Program-made: the position numbers and the translations under genes
Notes under the pieces: generated by a model
The model's database searches: none
The model's input: the letters and a program-made list of their open reading frames with translations, nothing else
What the model was told of the DNA's origin: nothing
DNA from: Vulcanimicrobiota bacterium
GTDB lineage: Bacteria; Vulcanimicrobiota; Vulcanimicrobiia; Vulcanimicrobiales; Vulcanimicrobiaceae
DNA length: 64,000 nt
Direction of reading: 5' to 3'
Assembly: GCA_963733295.1 (NCBI GenBank)
Contig: CAVTCS010000003.1
Span: forward strand, 832,001-896,000
Part shown: in pieces, positions 29,110 through 39,082 of the stretch
Layout: each line of letters opens with the position of its first letter
How positions within the stretch are numbered: position 1 is the first letter of the stretch

Positions 29110-29714
29110 ACGACGACGATCGAAATCCGCCCCTGCTGGACCAACCCATCGGACGCGCGTCATCGCGCGCCGAGCTTTGCGACCGGCTGCGCGAGGTGAT
29201 GCAACAGGCGGGCTACCTGGAGAAACCGGCGCCGCCGGCCGCGTTGCGCTGGATCGACACCTTCGTCGACGCCTACGCCGCGCAGATGAGCACGCTGCGC
29301 GACGCGCTCCCGCTCGTCGCGGCCTTGCGCGCCGAAGCGCCGCTCGTTCCGGCTCTTGCGCTGGAACGGTTGCGCAGCCGCAACGTCATCTTTTTCCTCG
29401 ATACGATTGGGCAGTACGTCGACGACCAGCCGGAGTTGCGCGGACTGCCCCTCGAACACGACCTCGGAGAGATCGCAAGCGAGTTCGGGCTCGAGCGGAG
29501 CGACGCCGACTGGGCGCTGCGCATGGCTTTGACCGGCGAAGAGAGCGGACCGCCGTTCGAACTCTTGTTCCCGTTGCTCGGACACGATCGGATCATGCTG
29601 CGTATCGGGGCGATCAGTTCGCACTTGTTGCACGGACGCGGTCTCGAGCCCATCAAATTCGGACCCGACGGCAAGCCTTTCGCTCCGATCGGAAGCGCGA
29701 AGCCCCACGCATGA
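29106..29714 (+). CDS. Stand-alone glutamyl-tRNA synthetase anticodon-binding domain protein (no catalytic domain)
   Basis: Helical 202-aa ORF with LRMALTGEESGP...LLGHDRIMLRI; at the gltX position between ispF and cysE; no HIGH/KMSKS. Confidence 0.75.
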   Translation: MNDDDRNPPLLDQPIGRASSRAELCDRLREVMQQAGYLEKPAPPAALRWIDTFVDAYAAQMSTLRDALPLVAALRAEAPLVPALALERLRSRNVIFFLDTIGQYVDDQPELRGLPLEHDLGEIASEFGLERSDADWALRMALTGEESGPPFELLFPLLGHDRIMLRIGAISSHLLHGRGLEPIKFGPDGKPFAPIGSAKPHA

Positions 29715-30391
29715 GCCTCCTTCGAACGATCGCCGCCGACTTGCAAGCGCCGCTCAAACGCGATCCGGCCGCGCGCGGATACCTCGACGTGCTGCTTTCG
29801 TATCCCGGCTTTCACGCCGTGACCGCGCACCGCTTCATCCATCTCTTGCAAGGCGCGAAGATTCCGCTCGTCCCGCGCTTCTTAGCGAACGTCATGCGCT
29901 TTGCGACCGGGATCGAGATCCATCCGTCCGCCCGGCTCGGCAAAGGCTTTTTCATCGATCACGGTTCGGGTGTCGTCATCGGCGAAACGGTCGAAGCCGG
30001 TGACGACGTCACGCTCTATCAGGGCGTGACCCTCGGCGGAACGAGCCTCGCCGGCGGCAAGCGTCATCCGACGCTCGGCAACCGCGTGACGGTCGGGGTC
30101 GGGGCCGCGATCCTCGGCGCGATCGTCGTCGGAGACGATGCGAAGGTCGGCGCCGGATCGGTCGTCGTGCGCGACGTGCCGCCCAATTCCACCGTCGTCG
30201 GGATACCGGGCCATATCGTGCTGCAGGACGGGAAACCGGTGCGCAACGCGCTGCCGAGCTCGAAGGTTTTCATGCCGGATCCAAGCGCCGCGGAGATCGC
30301 GCAGCTGGAGGAGCGCATCGCCGCGCTGGAACGGCGCTTCGCCGAACTTCAGCGCTCGCCCGGTTTGACGAATGTCCCTCCGGCTGTATAA
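29711..30391 (+). CDS. cysE: Serine O-acetyltransferase
   Basis: RDPAA, YPG, TGIEIHP, FIDHG, GVTLGG, KRHPT. Confidence 0.96.
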   Translation: MSLLRTIAADLQAPLKRDPAARGYLDVLLSYPGFHAVTAHRFIHLLQGAKIPLVPRFLANVMRFATGIEIHPSARLGKGFFIDHGSGVVIGETVEAGDDVTLYQGVTLGGTSLAGGKRHPTLGNRVTVGVGAAILGAIVVGDDAKVGAGSVVVRDVPPNSTVVGIPGHIVLQDGKPVRNALPSSKVFMPDPSAAEIAQLEERIAALERRFAELQRSPGLTNVPPAV

Positions 30392-31901
30392 CACGCGAAC
30401 CCGCTCCGTCGAACCGTTCGCGCCGCTCGGCGACGATGCGGTCCGCGTCTACGTCTGCGGGCTGACGCCTTCGGCCGAAGCGCATCTCGGGCACGCGCGC
30501 TCGTTCATCTTCTTCGATGTCCTGCGGCGCTATCTCACGCACCTCGGGTACCGGGTGACGTACGTGCAGAACGTCACCGACATCGACGATCGCAGCATCG
30601 ATGCCGCGCGCCGCTTGGGCCTTCCCTGGAACGAAGTCGTCGAGACGTTCTATGCGTCGTTCAAACGCTCGATGGACCGGTTACACGTCCTCGAGCCCGA
30701 CCGCGAGCCGCGCGCGACCGAGTATATCCCGGAGATCGTCTCGATGATCGAGCGTCTCATCGACCTCGGTCATGCCTACGTCGTCGGCGACGGGGTTTAT
30801 TACACGGTGCGCTCCTTCCCACGCTACGGCGCGCTTTCGGGCCGCAACCTCGACGAGCTGCGCGCCGGTGCGCGCATCGCGATCGGGGAAGAAAAGCGCG
30901 ATCCGCTCGACTTCGCACTCTGGAAGTTCGCGAAGCCGGGTGAACCGAGTTGGCCCTCTCCCTGGGGCGAGGGCCGCCCGGGCTGGCACATCGAGTGCTC
31001 GGCGATGTGTCACGCGCTGCTCGGCGAGCCGTTCGACATCCACGGCGGTGGTTTCGACTTAGTCTTCCCGCACCACGAGAACGAAATCGCGCAGAGCGAG
31101 CCGCTCATGCCCCGGCCGCCGATGGCGAACTTTTGGATGCACGGTGGTCTCCTGCAATTCGACGGCCGCAAGATGTCGAAGTCCATCGGCAATTTCGAGC
31201 CGCTTTTCGAAGTGCTCGATCGTCACGATCCGCAGGCGATCCGCTTGCTGTTTCTGGAGGCGGGTTACCGCAAACCGGTGAACTTCACGGAGGACGCGCT
31301 CGAAGGAAAGACCGCCGGCCTTCGGCGTTTACTGGTGGCGTACGACGCGTTCCGTCAAGCGCCCGCCGCGCCGCGCGGCGCGCAGGCGGCGGAAGAAGCC
31401 TTGGCGCCGTATCGCGCGCGCTTTTTCGAAGCACTCGACGACGACATGAACACCGCCGGAGCGGTTGCGACGCTCTTCGACCTCGCGGCCGAGTCCCGCG
31501 CGCTTCTCGAGGCCGGAGTCGCGAGCGCCGCGGCCGCCTTCATGCACGAAGCGTTGACGCTCCTCGGAATTTCTCCGCAAGAACGCGCGCAGCGCGCTGA
31601 AACGATAACGACCACGCTCGGCGGTGAGGGTCTCGCGCCGTTCACGATCAGCGCGCCGGCGAATGCCGAAGCCGCGCTCTCGAATGAGGCGCTCGCGAAC
31701 CTGCGCGCGCGCGTCGGCGACCTCGACGGGTCGAACGGAGTCTCTGCGCGCGAAACGATCGACCGCGTCGTCGCGGCGCGCTACCGCGCGAAACTGGAGA
31801 AGGATTTTGCGCGGGCCGACCGGCTACGCGAAGCGCTGGCCGCGATCGGCATCGCCGTCACCGACCGCAAGGACGGAGCTTCGTGGACCGTCGTCGCCTA
31901 G
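30372..31901 (+). CDS. cysS: Cysteine--tRNA ligase
   Basis: [47 protein letters not shown]. Confidence 0.96.
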   Translation: MSLRLYNTRTRSVEPFAPLGDDAVRVYVCGLTPSAEAHLGHARSFIFFDVLRRYLTHLGYRVTYVQNVTDIDDRSIDAARRLGLPWNEVVETFYASFKRSMDRLHVLEPDREPRATEYIPEIVSMIERLIDLGHAYVVGDGVYYTVRSFPRYGALSGRNLDELRAGARIAIGEEKRDPLDFALWKFAKPGEPSWPSPWGEGRPGWHIECSAMCHALLGEPFDIHGGGFDLVFPHHENEIAQSEPLMPRPPMANFWMHGGLLQFDGRKMSKSIGNFEPLFEVLDRHDPQAIRLLFLEAGYRKPVNFTEDALEGKTAGLRRLLVAYDAFRQAPAAPRGAQAAEEALAPYRARFFEALDDDMNTAGAVATLFDLAAESRALLEAGVASAAAAFMHEALTLLGISPQERAQRAETITTTLGGEGLAPFTISAPANAEAALSNEALANLRARVGDLDGSNGVSARETIDRVVAARYRAKLEKDFARADRLREALAAIGIAVTDRKDGASWTVVA

Positions 31902-32683
31902 GGTCCACCCGTCCGCCGCGCCGGAAAGATCCGATCGATCTGGACGACGTGGTCTACGGGGTGCACGCGGTCGAAGAGACCTTGGCTGCGGGCGAAACGC
32001 TGCGCCGGATTTTCGTCGGGGACGAGCGCAAGCGCGACCCAGCACTGCGTAAACTCCTCGAGCAGGCGCGCGAGGGCGCGATTCCGGTCCGCTTCGAAAG
32101 CCGTTCGTTCTTCTCGCAGTTTCCGTATCGCGCGCATCAGGGCGTCGTCGCCGTGGGCGTGCCCTTTGACTATATTTCGCTCGACGAAGCGCTAGCCGAG
32201 GCACCCGCCGCCGGCTACCGGCTCTTTGTCGTTCTCGACCATATCACCGACCCGCACAATGCCGGCGCGATCATCCGCTCGGCAGAGGGGGCGGGAGCAA
32301 CCGCGGTCATCCTGCCCGAGCGGCGCGCCGCCGGCGTCAACGCGACGGTGCGAAAGACGGCCGCCGGTGCCACCGCCCACCTGCCGATCGCCCGGGTCGC
32401 GAACATCGCCGGGGCTCTGCGGAGCATGAAAAAGGCTCGGATCTGGGTGGCCGGCGCCTCGGGCGACGATGGCGCGCTCGACTACTCGGCGGTCGACCTC
32501 AAGTGCGACCTGGCTCTGGTCGTCGGCTCGGAGGGAGACGGTATCTCGCCGGTCGTCCGCAAGGAGTGCGACTACCTCCTCAAGATCCCGATGCGCGGGC
32601 AGCTCGACTCCTTGAACGCGTCCGTCGCGGCGGGGATCTTGCTCTTCGAAGCTCGTCGTCAGCAGAGCAAGCAAGCAGGTTGA
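31883..32683 (+). CDS. rlmB: 23S rRNA (G2251) 2'-O-methyltransferase
   Basis: YGVHAV, HQGV, DPHNAGAIIRS, GSEG, SLNASVA (SPOUT family). Confidence 0.93.
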   Translation: MDRRRLGSTRPPRRKDPIDLDDVVYGVHAVEETLAAGETLRRIFVGDERKRDPALRKLLEQAREGAIPVRFESRSFFSQFPYRAHQGVVAVGVPFDYISLDEALAEAPAAGYRLFVVLDHITDPHNAGAIIRSAEGAGATAVILPERRAAGVNATVRKTAAGATAHLPIARVANIAGALRSMKKARIWVAGASGDDGALDYSAVDLKCDLALVVGSEGDGISPVVRKECDYLLKIPMRGQLDSLNASVAAGILLFEARRQQSKQAG

Positions 32684-32694
32684 GCTATTTTGCC

Positions 32695-32723
32695 TTGACG
32701 CCTTAGGAGGACCCTCCTATACT
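32695..32723 (+). promoter_or_regulatory. Sigma70/SigA-type promoter of sigH
   Basis: TTGACG-N17-TATACT; inverted repeat AGGAG...CTCCT within the spacer. Confidence 0.75.
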
Positions 32724-32796
32724 CATAAGGATGTGGCCGGCTCGACGGGCTCCGGCCCGCGATTTCGGCCACGTCGCGCCAAGGAGAAAAAAGAAT

Positions 32797-33444
32797 ATGG
32801 GGGTTGCGCAGGGCGCGCCCGAGGTCCTCGACTATCACGAGCGAGCCGACGAGGACCTCGTGTCCGCCGCTAAGGCGGGCGACAATTTGGCCATGGAGTT
32901 CTTGCTCAACAAATACAAGAACTTCGTGCGCATCAAGGCCAAGAGCTACTTCCTGATCGGAGCCGACCGGGAAGACATCATCCAAGAGGGGATGATCGGC
33001 CTTTACAAAGCGGTTCGCGACTTCAAAGCCGACAAGCTTTCGAGCTTTCGCGCCTTTGCCGAGCTGTGCATCACGCGGCAGATCATCACCGCGATCAAGA
33101 CCGCGACGCGTCAGAAGCACATTCCGCTCAATCAGTACATTTCGCTGAACAAGCCGATCTACGACGAAGACAGCGAGCGAACGCTGCTCGACGTTATGGC
33201 CTCGCAGAAGACCTCGGATCCCGAAGAGCTGGTGATCAATCAGGAGGTTTCCGAGGACATCAAGGAGCGCATCCAGGAAAATCTCTCGGATCTCGAATCG
33301 CAGGTGCTGCTCTCGTATCTCGAGGGGAAGAGCTACCAGGAGATGGCGCGCGACTTGAACCGGCACGTGAAATCGATCGACAACGCGCTGCAACGCGTCA
33401 AGCGCAAGATCGAGAAGAACCTCGCTGAGATCGAGCTCCCCTGA
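32797..33444 (+). CDS. sigH: RNA polymerase sigma factor SigH (Spo0H type)
   Basis: SYFLIGADREDIIQEGMIGLYKA, FAELCITRQIITAIKTATRQKHIPLN, KSIDNALQRVKRK; position after rlmB. Confidence 0.95.
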   Translation: MGVAQGAPEVLDYHERADEDLVSAAKAGDNLAMEFLLNKYKNFVRIKAKSYFLIGADREDIIQEGMIGLYKAVRDFKADKLSSFRAFAELCITRQIITAIKTATRQKHIPLNQYISLNKPIYDEDSERTLLDVMASQKTSDPEELVINQEVSEDIKERIQENLSDLESQVLLSYLEGKSYQEMARDLNRHVKSIDNALQRVKRKIEKNLAEIELP

Positions 33445-33482
33445 GAGCTCGGGTCCCGCGCGCGGCGTCGTAAGCTAAAGGC

Positions 33483-35117
33483 ATGCGGCGCCGCGACTTT
33501 CTCCCCCTTGTCGCCGGCTCTGCCGCGCTGCCGGCGTGTACGCGCGTCGGCACCGGAAGCACCCCGGGCGAGCGCCACAGCTGGACGGTTCCCCACGTCC
33601 TGCGTTACGCCGATCTCGAGGATCCCGTCGGGTTGAACCCGGTCGTCGCAGTCCACGCCTCCACTTCATGGGTGGCGCAGCTGTGGGCCGCTTGGCTTTT
33701 CCGCTACGACGAAAACTACGCGCCGGTCCCCGAGCTTGCAACGACGGTTCCAACCCTCGAGAATGGGCTCGTCTCCAAAGACGGCAAGCGCATCGTTTTC
33801 AACCTGCGTGCCGCGCTTTGGTCGGACGGGGTTCCGTTTACTTCTAAGGACGTCGCCTTCACCGTCGCGGTCATCCTCGATCCGCGAACGAACGTGACGT
33901 CGCGCGACGGCTGGGATCAAATCGAGCGCGTCGAGACTCCCGATGACCGCACCGCGATCTTCCACATGAAGCAGATCTACGCCGCCTATCTTCCGACGTT
34001 CTTCACGACGGGAGGCGCGAATCCGTGCATCTTGCCCGAGCACGTCGTGCGCGGTCAAGACCCCAACCACGGGCCGTACAATTCGAAACCGATCGGAACC
34101 GGACCATTCGTCGTCGATTCGTGGCTGCGTGGCCAGGGCGTGAGTCTGAGCGCCAACCCGCGCTATTGGAAAGGCCTTCCCAAGCTCAAGCGCGTCGAGT
34201 ACAAAATCATCCCCAACGCGGACACGCTAGTCACCCAGATGAAGAGCCACGAGCTCGACCTCTGGGTCCTGATGAACCCCAACTACTTGAACCAAGTCGA
34301 CGCCATCGACGGAACCCGAATCGTCCGGCAGCGCTCGGCCTTCTGGCGCCACTTCGATTGCAACTGCAGTCATCCGGCGCTCGTCGAAATCCCCGTGCGG
34401 CAAGCGTTAAACTATGCGATCGACCGGCAAACGATCATTGAGAAAACGCTCCACGGTGTGGGGGAAGTGAACTGGTCGGTCCTTTCACCGAATTCATACG
34501 CCTACGATCCACACGTCAAGCAGTATCCGTTCGATCTTGCAAAGGCCAACGCACTCCTCGACGGAGCCGGCTGGAAGAACGGGGCCGACGGAGTACGTGC
34601 GAAGGGCGGTATGCGTTTGCATTTCGACTTCGCGTTGCTCAGCGGCGACCCGGCCTGGCAACAGATCCTGGAGCTGACGCGCTCGACCTGGCACTCGATC
34701 GGCGTGACCTTCGATACGAAGCCCTACCTCTCGAGCTTATATTTTGCCCAAATTCAGGACGGCGGCATCGTCAACTCCGGAAAATACGACGTTTGCGCAT
34801 TTCAATGGGGCAACACTCCGTCGCCCCAAGACGCGGTCACTCTCTACTGCAGCGACCAGATTCCACCGCAGGGCCAAAACAGTCTGCGCTACGTGAACGC
34901 GCAGGTCACCGAAGCATTGCACGCGACGACGCGCACGCTCGACCGTGCCGAACAGATTCGCCTGTTCGCGATCGTGCAGCGGATCATCGCCGAGGAGTGT
35001 CCGACGTTCCCGATCGTGCAGAACGTCGATCTCTTCCCGGTCAACGTCGATCTCAAGAACTTCCGCCCGACGGCCGCGAGCGGGCCCTTCGACTTCATGA
35101 TGGAGACGGATATCTGA
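33483..35117 (+). CDS. Peptide ABC transporter substrate-binding lipoprotein (family 5), Tat-like signal
   Basis: MRRRDFL...LPAC, WSDGVPFTSKDV, PIGTGPF, VRQALNYAIDR; TAAGCT 6 nt before ATG suggests a leaderless mRNA. Confidence 0.92.
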   Translation: MRRRDFLPLVAGSAALPACTRVGTGSTPGERHSWTVPHVLRYADLEDPVGLNPVVAVHASTSWVAQLWAAWLFRYDENYAPVPELATTVPTLENGLVSKDGKRIVFNLRAALWSDGVPFTSKDVAFTVAVILDPRTNVTSRDGWDQIERVETPDDRTAIFHMKQIYAAYLPTFFTTGGANPCILPEHVVRGQDPNHGPYNSKPIGTGPFVVDSWLRGQGVSLSANPRYWKGLPKLKRVEYKIIPNADTLVTQMKSHELDLWVLMNPNYLNQVDAIDGTRIVRQRSAFWRHFDCNCSHPALVEIPVRQALNYAIDRQTIIEKTLHGVGEVNWSVLSPNSYAYDPHVKQYPFDLAKANALLDGAGWKNGADGVRAKGGMRLHFDFALLSGDPAWQQILELTRSTWHSIGVTFDTKPYLSSLYFAQIQDGGIVNSGKYDVCAFQWGNTPSPQDAVTLYCSDQIPPQGQNSLRYVNAQVTEALHATTRTLDRAEQIRLFAIVQRIIAEECPTFPIVQNVDLFPVNVDLKNFRPTAASGPFDFMMETDI

Positions 35118-35171
35118 GAATCCGGCGAGCCGGGGTCTCGCGGGGACGTCGCGAAAGCTAGCGGTGCGCAG

Positions 35172-35245
35172 GCCGACGTAGCTCAGCTGGTCAGAGCGGC
35201 ACTTTTGTAAAGTGCGGGTCATCGGTTCGAATCCGATCGTCGGCT
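35172..35245 (+). tRNA. tRNA-Thr(TGT)
   Basis: Acceptor GCCGACG/CGTCGGC, anticodon arm GCACT-TTTGTAA-AGTGC, TTCGAAT loop; CCA not encoded. Confidence 0.95.
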
Positions 35246-35400
35246 CGCATCTGCGTACCCAGGGGCCCGCCCGCCCAAGCCTGGGTGAGACGAGGCTTCG
35301 GCCGCCGTCGCCGTCACGTTCGTGCGCAGCCCGAAGGGTGCGCCCCTTCGTTCCGGTAAGGAAACGGCCCACCAGCCTCCGCTTTTTTAGAGGATAGTTC

Positions 35401-35964
35401 ATGCGTTCTTTCGCGGCCGTCGGCGCCTTCGCGCTGACCGTGTTCCTGGCAGCGCCCGCCTTCGCCACGCCGACCGACGACGTCAAAAATGCGCTCATCG
35501 CATTGAGTCAGGCAACCTCGTATCACCTCGTCATCGATTCGAACGGAAAGACGGGCGAAGGCGACTGGGTCGCTCCCGACAAGATGCAAATGACCTTCGG
35601 ACCCACCGAGATCATCCGGATCGGGACGGCGTCGTGGGTGCACGTTCAAGGTCACTGGATGCAAGTGCCCGCAGCAGCCGCGGGTTCGATGGGTGCCGGC
35701 GCAACGAGCGGCGTCTCACAGGCGCAAAACATGGCCGCGAACGCGAAGGACGTCACCGTCACCGATCTCGGAATGAAGACCGTCGGTGGCGCGACGATGC
35801 ACGCCTATTCGGTCGTGCAAAAGGGTGAAACGTCGCCGCAGATCGTCTACGTCGGCAGCGACGGCCGCGTGCAGCGCATCGAGCGCACGACGTCCGCCGG
35901 AACCTCGAGCATCACGTTTTCGAAGTTCAACCAGCCCGCGACGATTTCGCCGCCGCAGATGTAG
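35401..35964 (+). CDS. Secreted hypothetical protein (possibly LolA/LppX-like beta fold)
   Basis: Signal peptide ending PAFA, beta-rich, ends ITFSKFNQPATISPP; AGGA SD. Confidence 0.7.
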   Translation: MRSFAAVGAFALTVFLAAPAFATPTDDVKNALIALSQATSYHLVIDSNGKTGEGDWVAPDKMQMTFGPTEIIRIGTASWVHVQGHWMQVPAAAAGSMGAGATSGVSQAQNMAANAKDVTVTDLGMKTVGGATMHAYSVVQKGETSPQIVYVGSDGRVQRIERTTSAGTSSITFSKFNQPATISPPQM

Positions 35965-35986
35965 ACCAACCTACGCGGCATGAACC

Positions 35987-36442
35987 ATGAACGATAGCAC
36001 GTCTACAGTCGTGGGCCTCGTGGCTTTGCTAATCGCTTTCGCCGGCATCATCTATCTGATTAGCCGAATTGGCGGTTGGCACTCGTTGGCTTTGCGCTAT
36101 CGACGCCCGCCCGGACCGCGCCCGAATACGAAGTTCTGGATGGCTTCGATGGGCATCGGACCACTAATTGGCTACCATGGCTGCGTCATGATCGGTGCCA
36201 ACGAACGAGGCCTTTACCTCTCGGTGTGGCCGTTGTTTCGATTTGGGCATGCGCCGCTTCTCATACCGTGGTCAGCATTGAAGCCTGACCTGGCACGCCG
36301 CTTTCTGTGGGTTACGACACGCCGATACAATGTCGACGGCGGTCCGGTCCTTCAGTTCGCCGGCGGAAAAGTCGTGAAGTTCATCGACGGGCAATTTGCG
36401 AACTGGCAACAGCGACGAACTACGACCGGAGCAACCGCGTGA
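35987..36442 (+). CDS. Hypothetical membrane protein
   Basis: N-terminal TM, GWHSLALRY, GLYLSV...HAPLLIPW; less typical codon usage. Confidence 0.65.
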   Translation: MNDSTSTVVGLVALLIAFAGIIYLISRIGGWHSLALRYRRPPGPRPNTKFWMASMGIGPLIGYHGCVMIGANERGLYLSVWPLFRFGHAPLLIPWSALKPDLARRFLWVTTRRYNVDGGPVLQFAGGKVVKFIDGQFANWQQRRTTTGATA

Positions 36443-36676
36443 AGCAGATCGGATTGCTAGGGGCGATCGTCGCCCGCTGAGGACACACCGGCACTAGCCG
36501 AGATCGAAAAAGAGCTCCGTCGCCTCTATGGGGCGGTAGAGAGGGGCGTCGGAGCAACGGCGGGCTCCCGGTGAGGAGGCGAAGGCGGCAGCAACCCTGA
36601 AGGCGCGGGACGCCGACAGGCTAAACGGGAGCAGGCTCGACTTTCACCTCAACTTCCAAAATCGAGCAAATCCTTA

Positions 36677-36761
<85 letters not shown>

Positions 36762-36777
36762 CTGAATTCTCCCGAGC

Positions 36778-36851
36778 GCGGGCGTTGCATAATGGTAATG
36801 CCTCTGCCTTCCAAGCAGAAGTTGCGAGTTCGATTCTCGCCGCCCGCTCCA
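36778..36851 (+). tRNA. tRNA-Gly(TCC)
   Basis: GCGGGCG/CGCCCGC acceptor, TCTGC-CTTCCAA-GCAGA, ends TCCA. Confidence 0.95.
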
Positions 36852-36931
36852 GTTCTCGCCTGATTTTTGTTAAACGAGTCGGGTGAATAACATACGGAAG
36901 GAGCCGCGCAAGGCTTCTTTAACGCGAGCGC

Positions 36932-37594
36932 ATGAGTCGACGGCGATTCTGGAAAAATCTTCTGGCCGTGACCCTGCTGCTCGGTGCCGTGCAGCCATGC
37001 GTCGCCGCCGTTCCCGGCTTCTCTCCGCAAGCCGTGTTTGCGCTGTCTGACCGGACGAATATCGATAGCCGGTGTCAGGCTGCGAGGAATTTTGCGGACA
37101 AGGCGTCGCAGGGAACCGACTCAATTTCGGCCGACGACGCCGTCGCGGCTGCAAACGAGTTGGCGGCATGCGAACGCTTACCGAATTTGAGTCCGGACGT
37201 CGACAGGCAGCGTTACCTCATCCTTGCGGTGGCCGCGGCCCTGTACCTCGCGGCAACGAAAACGACCGGCGACGCATCGGTGGCACTCTACAAGAAAGCC
37301 GATTCGATTGCCGCACTCCTCGGTGGCGATCCGCCGGATAATACAAACGGCCTTAAGGCCGTTAGATATGACAACACAACGACTCCGGAAACCCCGGAAG
37401 ACGAAGTTAAGCAAGCCGCAAACGCAAGCACGCCTCAAAATACGACACAGGTCGCTCAGACGGAGTACACCGATCAACGCAATCCGCACGCTTCGGGCCA
37501 GAAGCTAAAGTTCAAAGAGACGGCCTCGCAGCTCCGCGCGAGCGTGGCAGCGCAGCTGAGCCCATCCGCCCCGAAGCCGTCGCCCAGCTCTTAG
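36932..37594 (+). CDS. Secreted hypothetical protein
   Basis: RRRFW plus hydrophobic signal; helical body; atypical codon usage. Confidence 0.6.
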   Translation: MSRRRFWKNLLAVTLLLGAVQPCVAAVPGFSPQAVFALSDRTNIDSRCQAARNFADKASQGTDSISADDAVAAANELAACERLPNLSPDVDRQRYLILAVAAALYLAATKTTGDASVALYKKADSIAALLGGDPPDNTNGLKAVRYDNTTTPETPEDEVKQAANASTPQNTTQVAQTEYTDQRNPHASGQKLKFKETASQLRASVAAQLSPSAPKPSPSS

Positions 37595-37673
37595 TGCATG
37601 CGTGTACGCGCGGCCCAGGAAACCTGCGAATCGTAGCAAAGCGGCGGTAAAACGGTTCGTGAAGGGATGAGCG

Positions 37674-38789
37674 ATGAGCACAGTGCGGCTCTTGGTCGGA
37701 ACGCGCAAGGGCGCATTCGTGATGACGGCGGATGGGCGTCGCGAGAAGTGGGACGTCAGCGGTCCGCACTTCGCGGGCTGGGAGATCTATCACGTTAAAG
37801 GCTCGCCCGCCGATCCGCAGCGGCTTTACGCGTCGCAGAGCAGCGGCTGGTTCGGACAACTGATCCAGCGCTCGGATGACGGCGGGAAGACGTGGACGCC
37901 GGTCGGCAACGAGTTTACCTACGATGGCGTTCCCGGCACACATCAATGGTACGACGGGACGCCGCATCCGTGGGAGTTCGCGCGGGTTTGGCATCTCGAA
38001 CCGTCGCTGGCCGATCCCGATCTCGTGTACGCGGGCGTCGAAGATGCTGCGCTCTTTCGCTCGACCGACGGCGGCGTGAGTTGGCACGAACTTTCGGGAC
38101 TGCGCGGCCATCAGACCGGTTCGTCATGGCAGCCGGGAGCCGGCGGCATGTGCCTGCACACGATTCTCCTCGACCCGAAGAATCGCGACCGGATCTTCGT
38201 GGCGATCTCGGCTGCGGGCGCGTTTCGCAGCGACGACGCAGGTGCGAGTTGGCGTCCGATCAACCGCGGCTTGCAATCGGCAGGCATACCGGATCCCGAT
38301 GCTGAGGTGGGTCACTGCGTGCACCGCATCGCGCAACACCCATCGCGTCCCGACGTGCTGTTCATGCAGAAGCATTGGGACGTGATGCGCAGCGACGACG
38401 GCGGGAACTCATGGCGTGAAGTCAGCGGGAATCTTCCGAGCGACTTCGGGTTCCCGATCGACATCCACGCGCACGAGCCCGATACCGTCTTCGTCGTCCC
38501 GATCAAGAGCGACTCGGAGCACTTTCCGCTCGACGGAAAACTTGCGGTCTATCGGACGCGGACCGGCGGCGACGAGTGGGAAGCGCTGACGCGCGGGCTG
38601 CCCCAGAGCAACTGCTACGTCAACGTCCTGCGCGACGCAATGGCCGTCGACGCGCTCGATTCGTGCGGCGTGTACTTTGGCACGACCGGCGGTCAGGTCT
38701 ACGCTTCGACCGATGCCGGAGAGAGCTGGAATGCCATCGTACGCGACCTCCCCGGGGTCCTCTCCGTAGAAGTCCAAACGCTGCCGTGA
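37674..38789 (+). CDS. BNR/Asp-box beta-propeller protein (sialidase-like fold)
   Basis: Repeated S-x-D-x-G-x-x-W boxes ([44 protein letters not shown]). Confidence 0.88.
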   Translation: MSTVRLLVGTRKGAFVMTADGRREKWDVSGPHFAGWEIYHVKGSPADPQRLYASQSSGWFGQLIQRSDDGGKTWTPVGNEFTYDGVPGTHQWYDGTPHPWEFARVWHLEPSLADPDLVYAGVEDAALFRSTDGGVSWHELSGLRGHQTGSSWQPGAGGMCLHTILLDPKNRDRIFVAISAAGAFRSDDAGASWRPINRGLQSAGIPDPDAEVGHCVHRIAQHPSRPDVLFMQKHWDVMRSDDGGNSWREVSGNLPSDFGFPIDIHAHEPDTVFVVPIKSDSEHFPLDGKLAVYRTRTGGDEWEALTRGLPQSNCYVNVLRDAMAVDALDSCGVYFGTTGGQVYASTDAGESWNAIVRDLPGVLSVEVQTLP

Positions 38790-39082
38790 TCCGCGTCGTT
38801 CTTCCAGCGCACTTGCGCTCGCTCGCGCGCGTCGACGGCGAGGTCCAGCTCGACGTTAGCCACAACGCGACGCAACGCGCCGTGCTCGACGCGCTGGAAG
38901 CGCTCTACCCCGTGTTGCGCGGCACGCTGCGCGATCACGTGACCCAGAAGCGCCGGCCGTTCGTCCGTTTCTTTGCGGTCGAGCGAGATCTATCGCACGA
39001 GGCTCCCGACGCTCCGCTTCCGGAAGCGGTCGCGGCGGGGACCGAACCGTTCCTCATCGTCGGGGCGATGGCAGGCGGTTAA
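38786..39082 (+). CDS. MoaD/ThiS family ubiquitin-like protein
   Basis: [10 protein letters not shown]...RRPFVRFF...AMAGG-stop (C-terminal GG); GTGA overlap with upstream gene. Confidence 0.88.
   Translation: MIRVVLPAHLRSLARVDGEVQLDVSHNATQRAVLDALEALYPVLRGTLRDHVTQKRRPFVRFFAVERDLSHEAPDAPLPEAVAAGTEPFLIVGAMAGG

Noticed and set aside
29600..29720. T-box leader before cysE-cysS as in Bacillus
   Set aside because: cysE overlaps the upstream ORF; no intergenic space or T-box sequence
32797..33444. sigH and whiG-like genes as evidence of sporulation
   Set aside because: No spo genes in the window; SigH also occurs in non-sporulating bacteria
36500..36660. Structured GC-rich region as SRP RNA, 6S RNA or c-di-AMP riboswitch
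   Set aside because: Lacks the [20 protein letters not shown] core and the complete c-di-AMP motifs; only generic hairpins
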